Assembly (NCBI RefSeq): GCF_000020025.1 | Contig: NC_010628.1 | Coordinates: forward strand, 7,260,001-7,292,000 | Direction of reading: 5' to 3' | Source of the DNA: Nostoc punctiforme PCC 73102 | Lineage (GTDB): Bacteria > Cyanobacteriota > Cyanobacteriia > Cyanobacteriales > Nostocaceae | DNA: 32,000 nucleotides | Shown here: positions 1-10,413 of the stretch, piece after piece | How positions within the stretch are numbered: position 1 is the first letter of the stretch | Layout: each line of letters opens with the position of its first letter | The notes under the pieces: model-generated | Told to the model about the DNA's origin: nothing | Database searches by the model: none | What the model saw: the letters and a program-made list of their open reading frames with translations, nothing else | Position numbers and translations under genes: made by a program

Positions 1-662
1 TCCATACCCGACATCTCGGCTCCAGCTTCTGCCGCCATCAGATAACCATCCCCTGTCAGGACGTTGCATCCTAACGCTTTACTGAGAAACGCACAGCCAC
101 CAGTTGCGATAATTGTGGACTGCGATCGCACTATCCATTTACTACCTGTCTGACGGTTCACACCTGTTGCACCAGCAACAGCATCATCGTCATCTACCAG
201 TAGTTCTAAGGCGGGGCTGTTATCTAAAATCTTGACTCCTGCCCGTTGAATTTGTCGCCGCATCAGCCGCATATACTCAGGCCCTTGCAGCGATCGCCGG
301 TAGGGTTTGCCTTCATCGTCGGTAGGGAAGGGATAACCCCACTCTGCTAACTGATTGACGTTTGCATAGGTCCGATCCAGTACTCGATCCATCCAATTGC
401 GATCGGACAAAAACCCACCCAATGATTCCCGACTCGCCTTTGCAGTTTCTCGTGCTTCTGGATCGGGTGGCACATACCACACACCATTACCAGATGCCGC
501 AGCACATCCAGTCGTACCACAGTATCCTTTGTCTACGAGGATAACTCTAGCTCCACTTGATGCAGCACTCCAAGCCGCCCAAGTTCCAGCTGGCCCGCCT
601 CCAATCACAAGCACATCTGCTTCTAAGTCGAGTTCAAAATCGGTTGTTAACGTCTTCAGCAT
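1..662 (-). CDS. FAD-dependent oxidoreductase, SdhA/FrdA/NadB-like flavoprotein (N-terminal part; the gene runs off the left edge)
   Basis: My own minus-strand translation from the ATG at 662-660 reads MLKTLTTDFELDLEADVLVIGGGPAGTWAAWSAASSGARVILVDKGYCGTTGCAAASGNG... It has a GxGxxG dinucleotide-binding fingerprint and stays open to position 1. It is absent from the ORF track because there is no stop codon in the window. Confidence 0.7.
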   Translation of the reverse strand, partial: MLKTLTTDFELDLEADVLVIGGGPAGTWAAWSAASSGARVILVDKGYCGTTGCAAASGNGVWYVPPDPEARETAKASRESLGGFLSDRNWMDRVLDRTYANVNQLAEWGYPFPTDDEGKPYRRSLQGPEYMRLMRRQIQRAGVKILDNSPALELLVDDDDAVAGATGVNRQTGSKWIVRSQSTIIATGGCAFLSKALGCNVLTGDGYLMAAEAGAEMSGM

Positions 663-983
663 TTACAATTTTCCCCCATCGATAAAGTCTTAAGCATCAA
701 GTTTTCACCCCATCGATGCTGCAAAATATTCAGAAATCTGTTTGCCCATTTACTTGAGGACTTCTCAGTAGCCTCGATTTATGGCTTTTTAAGCCAGACA
801 AACTTAAATACTTTAACTCGATCAATAAACCGTAGTTTTTGACATAACAAAGCTTTTCACAGTTTGAGGTAAAAAGCAAGTATTTTAACAAATTCAAATG
901 TAAATTTATCAAAACAGAATTTAGGAGTCAGAATGGATTCTGTACAACTAGCAGATAGCGAACCCGCGAATGGTAAAAATATT

Positions 984-1994
984 TTAAGAATCCTCATCCC
1001 TTTTAGAGTAGGGAGCCTCAACTAGTTTGTCGGCATTATTTGTTGAATTAGAGGATTTGGGATAGAAGCCACCTACCTCTGCCAAAGTATAAAGGGGTCT
1101 AGCTTTAACTTCTTCATAGATACGCCCTATATATTCGCCTAAGATGCCAACACTGACTAACTGCACAGATCCGAGAAAGAAAATTGCCATCAAAATAATC
1201 GTGAACCCAGTTAAAGGTGAATGGGGGAGAAAAAGCCGCCAATACAAGATTAATAAAGCCATGAAGATGGCTGCCGCCGCCGCTATTAAGCCTAAGTAAG
1301 TTGATAACCGCAGTGGCACTATTGAAAAGGATACTAGACCATTAATGGCAAGGGCCAAGGATTTGCTAAAAGTGTATTTAACTTCCCCAGCAAAGCGGGG
1401 ATCGCGCTCAAATCGAATTGCCGTTTGCTGAAAGCCAACCCAAGAACGCAGACCACGAATATAGCGGGTGCGTTCTGGCATAGAATTGAGAATATCTACG
1501 ATTTGTCGATCCATTAAACAAAAATCACCAGTATCAGTAGGAATATCTACATCTGCAAGCTTCTTGAGGAGGCGATAAAAGGAGTAGGCAGTAAAACGTT
1601 TAAACCATCCTTCCTTGAGGCGTTGAGTGCGTTGAGCGTAGACGACCTGATAGCCTTGTCGCCATTTTTCAATCATGTCTGGGATTAGTTCTGGCGGATC
1701 TTGTAAGTCAGCATCAAGGATGATAATAACTTGACCTCGAACAAAATTGAGACCGGCAGTAACTGCAATTTGATGACCAAAGTTACGAGCAAAGCTCAGG
1801 TAGCAAATGCGTGGGTCTTTTTGATGGAGTTCTCGCAGTAGTTGTAAGGAGCGATCGCGGCTACCATCATTGATTAAAATTAATTCGACAAGACCATCTA
1901 GCCGATTCATTACTGCACTTAGTCTGCGGTATAGTTCGGGTATAATTTCTTCTTCGTTATAAATTGGAACAATCAATGAATACTTTGGTAGCAT
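984..1994 (-). CDS. Family 2 glycosyltransferase, polyprenyl-phosphate (GtrB/ArnC/DPM1-like) type
   Basis: 336-aa ORF. The N-terminal GT-A motifs are [18 protein letters not shown] and ILDADLQDP (DxD). Two C-terminal TM helices are typical of lipid-carrier glycosyltransferases. Confidence 0.85.
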   Translation of the reverse strand: MLPKYSLIVPIYNEEEIIPELYRRLSAVMNRLDGLVELILINDGSRDRSLQLLRELHQKDPRICYLSFARNFGHQIAVTAGLNFVRGQVIIILDADLQDPPELIPDMIEKWRQGYQVVYAQRTQRLKEGWFKRFTAYSFYRLLKKLADVDIPTDTGDFCLMDRQIVDILNSMPERTRYIRGLRSWVGFQQTAIRFERDPRFAGEVKYTFSKSLALAINGLVSFSIVPLRLSTYLGLIAAAAAIFMALLILYWRLFLPHSPLTGFTIILMAIFFLGSVQLVSVGILGEYIGRIYEEVKARPLYTLAEVGGFYPKSSNSTNNADKLVEAPYSKRDEDS

Positions 1995-2102
1995 CTAGGA
2001 ATTCCGTTTAATTTTGCAACAGCCAAGCTGACAGACTGCTTCTCATGATAAAGGGTTTGGTTCTCAGTATACTTAGCAAGATTCAAGTCATATTGTTATA
2101 GT

Positions 2103-2846
2103 TTATTTATTCTTTGGGTTGATGTCATCTGAAGATTCAGATTCTTTAAGGCTTTCTACAGCTTTTTTAGGAAAAGTTCGACGATGGCGATACCAAGTAG
2201 ACCCTGCTACCAGTATTCCAGTTAAACCCAAAGCGAGTACTAGCGGCAAAAAATCACCTGTTTTGACTGCTTTCAAACCAGAACTACCTAGTAGTACAAA
2301 AGGTAAGACACTAGGAACAGTACCAAGTGTTGTGCCTATAACATAATCTTTAAAGCTAATCGAAGTCAGTCCAGCAACAAAGTTTACTAAGCCATAAGGC
2401 ATGATTGGTACTAGTCGGATGGCAAACATATAAAAAAGTCCTCCACGCCGTACCTCAGCATCCATAGCTTGCCAGCGTCCTGCTAGTCGTTTTGCAACTG
2501 TTTGCCGTCCAATGGTTCTAGTAAAAACGAAAGCAATTATTGCGGCAATTATTGCTCCAACACTAGTCCAGAAAGTACCCAGCCAAGGGCCAAAAATTGC
2601 ACCTCCAGTTAAATTCAACACTGTTGAGGGCAGAACTAACATAGTTGCCACAACATACAAAGCAACATAAATAATCGGTGCCCAGATACCAGAAGATTTC
2701 AGCAAAGCCTGAATTTGTGCTGGTTCAATGCCGCCAATCAGATATACTGCTATACCAGTTGCAATTATGCAACTCAGTGTGAGTAGTAAAATACCAGTTT
2801 TCAAGTTCCACACTAGAACTCTACTCCTACTTTTTTTGTAACACAA
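2103..2846 (-). CDS. TVP38/TMEM64-family membrane protein (DedA superfamily)
   Basis: 247-aa polytopic ORF. It carries the family-typical stretch VLPSTVLNLTGGAIFGPWLGT...RLVPIMPYGLVNFVAGLT. The exact start is uncertain. Confidence 0.8.
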   Translation of the reverse strand: MCYKKSRSRVLVWNLKTGILLLTLSCIIATGIAVYLIGGIEPAQIQALLKSSGIWAPIIYVALYVVATMLVLPSTVLNLTGGAIFGPWLGTFWTSVGAIIAAIIAFVFTRTIGRQTVAKRLAGRWQAMDAEVRRGGLFYMFAIRLVPIMPYGLVNFVAGLTSISFKDYVIGTTLGTVPSVLPFVLLGSSGLKAVKTGDFLPLVLALGLTGILVAGSTWYRHRRTFPKKAVESLKESESSDDINPKNK

Positions 2847-3020
2847 GCCATCTTTCGCAAATATCCCTTTTAATTAACTCGCATAAACGAGTCAAAAACG
2901 AAATGTCCTCAAGATGTTTTTCACAGCCGGAAGAATCTTGAGAACAGTTAAGTTTTTGACAATCCATTATAAGGATATGCGAGTGTAGCGATATTTGTTT
3001 AGTCTGGGGAGTGTCAACAA

Positions 3021-3190
3021 AGAGGAAAGGGGGCAGGGGACAATGGGCAGGGGAACAAGGGGCATGGGGCATCGAAAAGAGACATAGGAGACAAGGAAGA
3101 GGGGGGAGACAAGGGAGAAACTTGAATAATTCTCCCCTTATCCTCCCTGCTCCCCTGCTCGCCCTGCTCCCCTGCCCCCTTGCCTCTTCG
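3021..3190. repeat. Long imperfect G-rich/C-rich hairpin repeat (dispersed family, copy 1)
   Basis: The purine-rich left arm (agaggaaagggggcagggga...ggggagacaagggagaa) and the C-rich right arm (ttctcccctta...cccctgcccccttgcctcttcg) flank the loop acttgaataa. About 85 nt (3068-3158) is nearly identical to 11382-11480. The two overlapping track ORFs here are repeat artefacts. Confidence 0.75.
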
Positions 3191-3230
3191 GCCAAAGTTC
3201 TACATTACTAGAAAACCTAAGTTTTCCCGA

Positions 3231-5144
3231 TTAAAACCTAAAGACAGTACGAACCCAAGCAAATAAACTATCAGGATTGCTGGCATCAGAGTCCGGTGCA
3301 GTAATCCAGATCAAACCCGGTGTCACCTCAATATTATCTCCGATTTTATATTGGTAAAATGCCTCAACGTGCAAGGAGGTATCTTTGTCTGCTTGTCCAG
3401 CACCTGCTCCCAAATTTACACTTTGACTGAGCCTAGTAAGTTTCGGCTCCATACCAACTAAAATCCCCCCTAAAGCACCCTCACTAAACAGATCCGGGAA
3501 TGCTAGTCCTACGGCCCAATCCATTGCACTACCATCACCGCGCCCTAAATAGCGGTGCGCTCCATAACTTATCCACCCATTAATTGCCAACTTGGAATTA
3601 ACTTGATAGAACGCTTGTAGACCATAAAGATTGGCTACAGTTCCCGCTCCAGGTACGGTGCTGTTTACCAGGTTACTACCGACTGCTGGGCCGAAGTTTG
3701 TTCCACTTAGACCTTGGGTATTTGCTGGACTATAAGTATTGACGTAAGTTGCCGCCACCCGAAAATTTCGATTAGAGGAGTAGTAGATTATCTGTGCCAG
3801 AGCTAAATACCTGCCTGTAAATAAGCCATTATTAGCTGTGGGATTACCGCCGTTTGGTGCGCTGTACGCTATCCCCACTTGAACCTGTTTGCCTAATTTT
3901 TGGAGTATGGCAATTCCGGGTCCGCTATCTCCATAGTTATAGACCAAAGACCGCCGTGAAAATCGTGAAATTCCATTAGCGCCGGTTGCAGAAGACGATT
4001 CAAAATATGGATTGATAGGGCCAGAAAGACCTATCTCACTAGCTCCATCAGATAGGGCATAAATGTTAACTTGAGTATCTGGATTAGGTAAAAAACGATA
4101 TCGCACGCCACCGAGAAGAATAGTATTACGTGCAAAGGTAATACTGGAGTTATCAGCAGTTCTCCCCTCAAAAGTTCCTAATAATCCAGCTCTTGTTTGT
4201 CCTAATGATTCAATATTTCCACCTGACAGCGATAAGCTTAGTGAATCTTTACCGTTAAAACTAGTGTTTAACCGTAAAGTCGTTGAACCTTGAAGTGTGG
4301 CATTGCGAGGTGCAGGTCTTTTGGTAACGACATTATTGCCAGCCAGAACCGAGCCAAGAACAATCTGCGCTCGACCTATAAGTTTAGTTGTAGTTGTAAA
4401 CTGATTTGCCTCTAATTTCGCAGTCCGCGTTTCCAAGTTATCTAAGCGTCCCCGAAATTGAGCAAGTTCTGGAGAAAATTGTTCTTGTAGTTTTTTGATG
4501 GCATCCAAGTCTTCCCGTTTGACCAAATCTGCCGTTGAAGTCGCTATTAATTCATTGAGGCGCTCTAAAGCAGCATTCAACCCAGCAGCAAATTCATACC
4601 GTGTTAGGGCACGATTCCCTTTAAATGTGTCATCTGTATATCCAGCAATTACACCGTAGCGCTCCACCAAAGACTGTAATGCTTGAAATGCCCAATCTGT
4701 GGGTAAAACATCTGACAATTGGGAGACAGATGTTACTTGTCCCGCAGAATTATTTGTAGCTTTTTTATTAGTCGGCGGTGCAACTTCCAACAATTGCGAA
4801 ACAGGTGTGACTCGTTCTGGGTTGGTAGCTTTTTTACTAGTTAGCGGTGGAATTGAAGAAGAAGGTAGGACGCAGGATAGCGCACAGAAAGCAGGAGGGG
4901 ATGCGACCTCTCCTGACCCTTTGTCTCCTGCCTCTATCATTGAAGTTTCTAGTGTTTGATTGACAATTGCTTCTGGAGCTTTGTTCACTTCTGCTTCAGC
5001 AGTAGATACATCAGATTTAGGGAGTTCAGCGTGACTTTTGGCTGGATAAAAAACCAAAATGGCTAGAATATCTAGCAACAATATCAGGAACATTGTGTAT
5101 CTATAATTAGAGCGAAAATTCGACATTACTCTTGAACTCCTCAA
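3231..5144 (-). CDS. Outer-membrane porin with an N-terminal SLH domain and an OprB-family beta-barrel
   Basis: 637-aa ORF. It has a signal-like N-terminus (MFLILLLDILAILVFYPAKSHA), an SLH motif (PTDWAFQALQSLVERYGVIAGYTDDTFKGNRALTRYEFAAGLNAAL), a coiled-coil linker, and then an aromatic-terminated beta-barrel ending in F. An alternative start is at 5126. Confidence 0.85.
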   Translation of the reverse strand: MRSSRVMSNFRSNYRYTMFLILLLDILAILVFYPAKSHAELPKSDVSTAEAEVNKAPEAIVNQTLETSMIEAGDKGSGEVASPPAFCALSCVLPSSSIPPLTSKKATNPERVTPVSQLLEVAPPTNKKATNNSAGQVTSVSQLSDVLPTDWAFQALQSLVERYGVIAGYTDDTFKGNRALTRYEFAAGLNAALERLNELIATSTADLVKREDLDAIKKLQEQFSPELAQFRGRLDNLETRTAKLEANQFTTTTKLIGRAQIVLGSVLAGNNVVTKRPAPRNATLQGSTTLRLNTSFNGKDSLSLSLSGGNIESLGQTRAGLLGTFEGRTADNSSITFARNTILLGGVRYRFLPNPDTQVNIYALSDGASEIGLSGPINPYFESSSATGANGISRFSRRSLVYNYGDSGPGIAILQKLGKQVQVGIAYSAPNGGNPTANNGLFTGRYLALAQIIYYSSNRNFRVAATYVNTYSPANTQGLSGTNFGPAVGSNLVNSTVPGAGTVANLYGLQAFYQVNSKLAINGWISYGAHRYLGRGDGSAMDWAVGLAFPDLFSEGALGGILVGMEPKLTRLSQSVNLGAGAGQADKDTSLHVEAFYQYKIGDNIEVTPGLIWITAPDSDASNPDSLFAWVRTVFRF

Positions 5145-5724
5145 CCTGAAAAACGAATAAATTAGCTCTAGCTTTGACAGACAAACTAGCAGAAATTAAT
5201 GATGAAATATTTGTGCTAAACCATTAGTTAATGAGTTAGCAAAGGTTCTCCTGGCGATAAAAGTGCAAATCCCCGATAAATACCGCAACCATTCCTAAGC
5301 AGTTGAATGTAGACTCCAAAATTCATAAAAAATTCTCAAAACAAAATTCAAAATTCGGTTTGATATTGGAGTGCGACTGGTGAGATAATGCAACAAAATT
5401 CATCAACGGCTACTGGCATCGACTAAATCTTGAATTTAATTCAAGCTACTGATTGACAATTAACATTAGCTGAATACACTAATTAGTAAGCAGCTAGATT
5501 TCACAATCTGAATTGTTAAGAAAAGCCCATAAAACGGTAAGTCGATAGATTTACCGGATTTTGCGTAAAATTATCTTTGCATAGAGCTTGTTACAATGCA
5601 AGACCCAGTATTTATTCATGAAGAGAAAATATATCAAAATTATTGGCTAGGTCAACTCAACCCAAGTAACTGCGTTCGCGTAGCGTGCCGTAGGCGATCG
5701 CCGCAGATAGTCACTCGCTAAAAA

Positions 5725-5746
5725 TCCCATAAATAAATTTATGGGA
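5725..5746. repeat. Perfect 10-bp palindrome TCCCATAAAT-AA-ATTTATGGGA
   Basis: Read directly from the sequence. It lies in the 843-bp divergent region between the porin and ssuD, next to a HIP1-containing repeat. Confidence 0.6.
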
Positions 5747-5987
5747 ATTCCTATTGCCTCTTGCCTCCTTTTTGCCTTACTCGATTAAAAGTTGTATTTT
5801 CCAACACAGCAATTCTGGCTACAAAAGTGTCAAAATTACCGACTAAGGAGTTCGTTATTCAGGCAGCCCTTTTTTACTAATGGTTAAATTAGGCTTGATT
5901 TTTAGATAATATCGGGTAAAATTTTGACTATAAAATACGGCAATTTGATCGGATAATCGTATATTAAGTTCTCATACCCTGATAGAT

Positions 5988-7136
5988 ATGCAAATTCTCT
6001 GGTTTATTCCTACTGGATCTCATGACGGACGCTATTTAGGTACAGATATTGGCTCTCGTGTTGCCACACCTGATTATTTGCAGCAAATTGCCCAAGCTGT
6101 GGATAGTTTAGGCTACACAGGCGCATTGTTACCTACAGGGAGTTCTTGTGAAGATGCTTGGATAACTGCCGCCGCTTTTATATCTGTCACCAAGCAGATG
6201 AAATTTCTCGTGGCAATTCGTCCAGGAATTACTTCTCCAGGTGCTGCTGCACGGATGGCAGCAACATTTGATCGGATTTCTAAAGGAAGATTGTTAATTA
6301 ATGTGGTGACAGGTGGAGATCCGGTGCAACTCGCTGGGGATGGCTTGCATCTTAATCATGACGATCGCTATGATTTAACCGATGAATTTCTTACCGTTTG
6401 GCGGGGTATCGTCAGTGGGGAAACAGTCGATTTTAAAGGAAACTACCTGGATATCAAAGGTGGTAAACTCCTATTTCCACCAGTCCAAAAACCCTATCCA
6501 CCATTGTGGTTTGGTGGCTCATCTGCGGCTGCAAAGCGCGTTGCTGCTAAACATATAGATGTTTATCTAACTTGGGGCGAACCTCCACAGCAAGTTGCTC
6601 AAAAGATTGCTGAGGTTAAACGACTGGCGGCTGAACAAGGTAGAACAGTCCGTTTTGGGATTCGCTTGCATGTAATTGTGCGAGAAACCGATTCTGCGGC
6701 TTGGGATGCTGCCAATGAGCTGATTAAGTATGTTGATGAGGATGCGATCGCAAAAGCTCAAAAACACCTAGCTAGTTCTGATTCTGAAGGACAGCGACGG
6801 ATGAGTCAACTACATAGTGGTAGTCGAGAAACCCTAGAGATTAGCCCCAACCTGTGGACAGGAATTGGATTAGTGCGGGGTGGTGCTGGTACAGCCCTAG
6901 TTGGAGATCCCGATACTGTTGCCGCTAGGATGCTGGAATATCAAGATTTGGGCATAGAAACCTTTGTGTTCTCTGGATATCCCCATTTAGAAGAGGCATA
7001 TCGTACAGCTGAATTATTATTTCCACGTTTACCTTTGCAGAGGGAAACTGCACCGCTAACGCCACCAGTATTGAGTACTGTTAGCGAAATAGTTAGCAGT
7101 GAAAAATTTGCTAAACAACTAACGAGTGCTTCATGA
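5988..7136 (+). CDS. ssuD: FMNH2-dependent alkanesulfonate monooxygenase
   Basis: The 382-aa ORF is colinear with my recollection of E. coli SsuD. Shared stretches include [68 protein letters not shown] and [16 protein letters not shown]. Confidence 0.92.
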   Translation: MQILWFIPTGSHDGRYLGTDIGSRVATPDYLQQIAQAVDSLGYTGALLPTGSSCEDAWITAAAFISVTKQMKFLVAIRPGITSPGAAARMAATFDRISKGRLLINVVTGGDPVQLAGDGLHLNHDDRYDLTDEFLTVWRGIVSGETVDFKGNYLDIKGGKLLFPPVQKPYPPLWFGGSSAAAKRVAAKHIDVYLTWGEPPQQVAQKIAEVKRLAAEQGRTVRFGIRLHVIVRETDSAAWDAANELIKYVDEDAIAKAQKHLASSDSEGQRRMSQLHSGSRETLEISPNLWTGIGLVRGGAGTALVGDPDTVAARMLEYQDLGIETFVFSGYPHLEEAYRTAELLFPRLPLQRETAPLTPPVLSTVSEIVSSEKFAKQLTSAS

Positions 7137-7222
7137 ATAATTTGTAATTTGCTCTTTAATTACAAATGATGTTGACGATGCTTCTAGATTCATCTTTGCG
7201 GAAATCTAAAATCTAAAATCCC

Positions 7223-8050
7223 ATGACTATTACCCTTAAACACAGCAAAAGAAACAATAATATATCCTGGAGCGAGGTATTAGAAAACCCACAAATCGAT
7301 AAAATAGTTCCCTGGATTGTGCCCGTTTTAATACTAGTATTGTGGGAATTTGCTTCCAGAACTGGTTTACTTTCAACCAGAATTTTACCAGCCCCAAGTG
7401 GCGTAATTGCTACAGCCATTAGACTAGCCTCTACCGGAGAACTTTTTCAACATATAGAAATTAGTGCTGGACGGGCGATATCTGGTTTTATAGTTGGTGG
7501 CAGTATTGGGTTCGGTTTGGGATTGCTCAATGGCTTTTCCCGTATAGCAGAAAAGTTATTGGATAGTTCTTTGCAAATGCTTCGTACTATCCCTAATCTG
7601 GCATTAATTCCCCTGGTAATTCTCTGGTTTGGCATCGGCGATCAAGCTAGACTTTTTTTAGTGTCTATGGGGGTATTTTTCCCGTTATATCTTAATACAT
7701 TTCATGGCATTCGCAATGTAGATCCTGGACTGATTGAAATGGGAAAAGTCTATGGATTAAAAACCCCACAACTTTTGTGGCAAATTATTTTTCCAGGGGC
7801 CTTATCTTCAATTCTCGTCGGTGTCCGTTTTTCCTTGGGGATTATGTGGCTGACATTAATTGTGGCAGAAACGATCGCAGCGGATTCTGGACTTGGTTAT
7901 ATGGCAATGAATGCCCGTGAGTTTATGCAAACTGATGTTGTGGTTTTGAGTATTGTTATCTATGCACTGCTGGGTAAATTAGCAGATGCTGTTGCCAGAG
8001 GGTTAGAAACCAAATTCTTGGCTTGGAATCCTAACTATCAAAGGTCATAA
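7223..8050 (+). CDS. ssuC: Aliphatic sulfonate ABC transporter permease
   Basis: 275-aa polytopic ORF with the EAA-loop-type region of NitT/TauT-family permeases (GIRNVDPGLIEMGKVYG). It lies directly downstream of ssuD. Confidence 0.85.
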   Translation: MTITLKHSKRNNNISWSEVLENPQIDKIVPWIVPVLILVLWEFASRTGLLSTRILPAPSGVIATAIRLASTGELFQHIEISAGRAISGFIVGGSIGFGLGLLNGFSRIAEKLLDSSLQMLRTIPNLALIPLVILWFGIGDQARLFLVSMGVFFPLYLNTFHGIRNVDPGLIEMGKVYGLKTPQLLWQIIFPGALSSILVGVRFSLGIMWLTLIVAETIAADSGLGYMAMNAREFMQTDVVVLSIVIYALLGKLADAVARGLETKFLAWNPNYQRS

Positions 8051-8167
8051 AATGAGAAAATCACCAAGGTCAAATATTAAAAACTCTTGATTCTGGGTGT
8101 GATTTTCAAATTCAATATTTCACCGAATAATTCAATCTCAATCGTTCTGAAAAATGAGGTTTTGCAA

Positions 8168-8938
8168 GTGAGTTCTAATGTACAAGGTACGCAACTAAGT
8201 ATTTTGGATTTGACTAAAGCTTTCGGTAAGAAAACTGTTTTAAACTCGCTCAATTTAGAAGTTGAAGCGGGTGAATTTGTCGCTATCGTCGGACGTAGTG
8301 GTTGTGGTAAGAGTACTTTATTGCGTCTGGTGTCAGGGTTAGATAAAGCAACTTCAGGCGGAATACTACTGGATGGAGAACCACTGCGTAGACTCAGCCG
8401 CTCTGTAACAGTGATGTTTCAAGACCCCCGCTTACTGCCGTGGAAGCGCGTTGTTCAGAATGTGGGGTTAGGCTTGGAAGGTAATTGGCGTGAAAAAGCT
8501 TTGTGGGCACTCGATAAAGTCGGACTCAAAGATCGGGCTGATGAGTGGCCTTATGTCTTATCTGGTGGACAACGGCAACGGGTGTCATTGGCAAGGGCAT
8601 TAGTTAGCCAGCCCCGTTTGTTATTGTTAGATGAACCTTTGGGAGCATTAGATGCTCTAACTCGTCTAGAGATGCAGGGTTTGATTGAGAACTTGTGGCA
8701 AGAGCGGAGATTTACTGCATTTTTAGTGACTCACGATGTAGAAGAAGCTGTGGCGTTGGCAGACCGAGTGATAGTGATTGATGAAGGACGTATTTCTCTC
8801 GATCTACCTGTAAAACTTTCACGCCCCCGAGATAGAAGTAGCGAAGTGTTTATCAATATCAGAGAAGCAGTTCTCCAACGAGTAATGAGCAATGAAAGTA
8901 CTCAGTCAAATAACCAATTGTTGCAGTTGAGTAGTTGA
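8168..8938 (+). CDS. ssuB: Aliphatic sulfonate ABC transporter ATP-binding protein
   Basis: Walker A is GRSGCGKST, the signature is LSGGQRQRV, Walker B is [12 protein letters not shown], and the H-loop is VTHD. The track ORF opens at TTG 8087, but the first 27 codons look non-coding. The in-frame GTG at 8168 is preceded by gagg, so it is the more likely start. Confidence 0.85.
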   Translation: MSSNVQGTQLSILDLTKAFGKKTVLNSLNLEVEAGEFVAIVGRSGCGKSTLLRLVSGLDKATSGGILLDGEPLRRLSRSVTVMFQDPRLLPWKRVVQNVGLGLEGNWREKALWALDKVGLKDRADEWPYVLSGGQRQRVSLARALVSQPRLLLLDEPLGALDALTRLEMQGLIENLWQERRFTAFLVTHDVEEAVALADRVIVIDEGRISLDLPVKLSRPRDRSSEVFINIREAVLQRVMSNESTQSNNQLLQLSS

Positions 8939-9377
8939 GATTTAGCTTTCGTTAGTTGATTAATGCAATGCTTGAGGTAGCTGTGGTAAAAATAGGCTAC
9001 TTCGAGAATCAATGTTATTAATATAGTTATCTAATTTGCGAAAAATAATTTTTTATCGAGGCAGGAGACAAGAGTCAGAATTCAATTAGGTATTCTGACC
9101 GAAAAAGTGTATGAATAACTGGCGTTTTGCACCTCTGCCAAATGGAAAATTTGGTGGTAACAAATAAGACAGTCGTAGGTCTGAATGAATTTCCTGCCGA
9201 TAGTGCAGGATCTCGTAGAGAGTATCTTGATTATGAATTCTGACTTCTGAATTCTCTTTCAAAGCAAACCGCAGAGACGCAGAGAACACAGAGAGAATAA
9301 AGAGATTCACATATTTATTAGTAAACCAGAAGCAATTTATAGAGATATTTCTGTAAATAGAAAAGAGGTTATCTACC

Positions 9378-10325
9378 ATGAAACTGATTTTACCGCTCGA
9401 TCTCGTTGCTGACATTGAGCCTCATCTACCGCCTGATACAGAGATTGTCACAGTAGATGTTGAAGGAAATTTAGATGGGGATGCTACTGATGCTGAAGTT
9501 TATTTTAGTTGGTTTTTAGCCAGAAGTCCGATACTGCATAAAATAATAGCAGCAGCACCTGCACTGCGTTGGCATCATGCACCAAATGCAGGGGTGAATC
9601 ATATCCTCACACCAACTTATTTGGAAAGAGATATTATCCTCACCAATGGGGCCGGAGTGCATGGAATTCCGATCGCAGAATTTGCGATCGCTTATATCCT
9701 AGCTCATGCCAAACACCTGCCAGAATTATATGCTCTACAGGCGGAACGTCACTGGAAAAGAGGCTTTGCTATCCAAGAATTGACAGATGCTACCTTACTA
9801 ATTATCGGTGCCGGTGGTATTGGTCAAGAAATCGCCGCCCGTGCTAAACCCTTCGGCTTAAGAATTATTGGCAGTCGCCGTCATCCCCAAGAGCTACCAA
9901 ATTTTGATAAAGTAGTGGGTGGTGATGAATGGCGAGCGCTCCTGCCAGGAGTTAATTATGTAGTTATTGCAACACCTCTAACTCCAGAAACCAAAGAATT
10001 TATTGATGAATCTGTATTGCGATTGCTCCCAAAACATGCCTACCTAATTAATATTGCTCGCGGTGGCGTAATTGATGAATTGGCTTTAATAAAAGCGCTC
10101 ACAGAAGGTTGGATTGCAGGTGAAGCTTTAGACACAGTTAACTCAGAACCATTACCATCCGAAAGTCCTTTATGGTCACTTCCTAATATCTTTATCACAC
10201 CTCATATTTCTAGCGATTCCCCAAAAATTAAACAGCGTTCAATAGTACTATTTATCGACAATCTGAAGCGTTACCAAGCTGGTCAACCATTACGAAATGT
10301 AGTAGATAAAGAAGCAGGATACTAA
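9378..10325 (+). CDS. D-isomer-specific 2-hydroxyacid dehydrogenase family protein (paralog 1)
   Basis: 315 aa. The Rossmann motif is IIGAGGIGQEIA, followed by GSRRH. Catalytic-triad contexts are NIARGGVID (R), LDTVNSEPLP (E) and ITPHISS (H). Confidence 0.85.
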   Translation: MKLILPLDLVADIEPHLPPDTEIVTVDVEGNLDGDATDAEVYFSWFLARSPILHKIIAAAPALRWHHAPNAGVNHILTPTYLERDIILTNGAGVHGIPIAEFAIAYILAHAKHLPELYALQAERHWKRGFAIQELTDATLLIIGAGGIGQEIAARAKPFGLRIIGSRRHPQELPNFDKVVGGDEWRALLPGVNYVVIATPLTPETKEFIDESVLRLLPKHAYLINIARGGVIDELALIKALTEGWIAGEALDTVNSEPLPSESPLWSLPNIFITPHISSDSPKIKQRSIVLFIDNLKRYQAGQPLRNVVDKEAGY

Positions 10326-10413
10326 ACAATTAAAAATTAAAAATTAAAAATGAAGAGGCGTTACCGATTGGGTTACACAATCCAAAATCCAAAATGGAAT
10401 TAGGGAGTAGCAA

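Noticed and set aside
2827-3211. Track ORFs 2827..3195 (-) and 3011..3211 (+) encode Gly/Arg-rich or Pro/Leu/Cys-rich peptides.
   Set aside because: Both lie entirely within the G-rich/C-rich hairpin repeat. Their low-complexity translations are what such a repeat yields in any frame. There is no start context and no recognisable fold.
4699-4959. Antisense or embedded track ORFs inside long genes: 4699..4959, 6567..6767, 7213..7419, 12273..12620, 16484..16750, 19407..19625, 23030..23257, 28283..28567, 30422..30661 and similar.
   Set aside because: Each is wholly contained within, and antisense or out of frame to, a long ORF with strong family motifs. None shows a motif of its own.
9086-9415. 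A 109-aa minus-strand ORF in the ssuB/dehydrogenase intergenic region.
   Set aside because: It overlaps the dehydrogenase start and spans dispersed repeats (gaattctgacttctgaattct, cgcagagacgcagagaacacagag). Its composition is AT-skewed and no motif was recognised. It is most likely non-coding.
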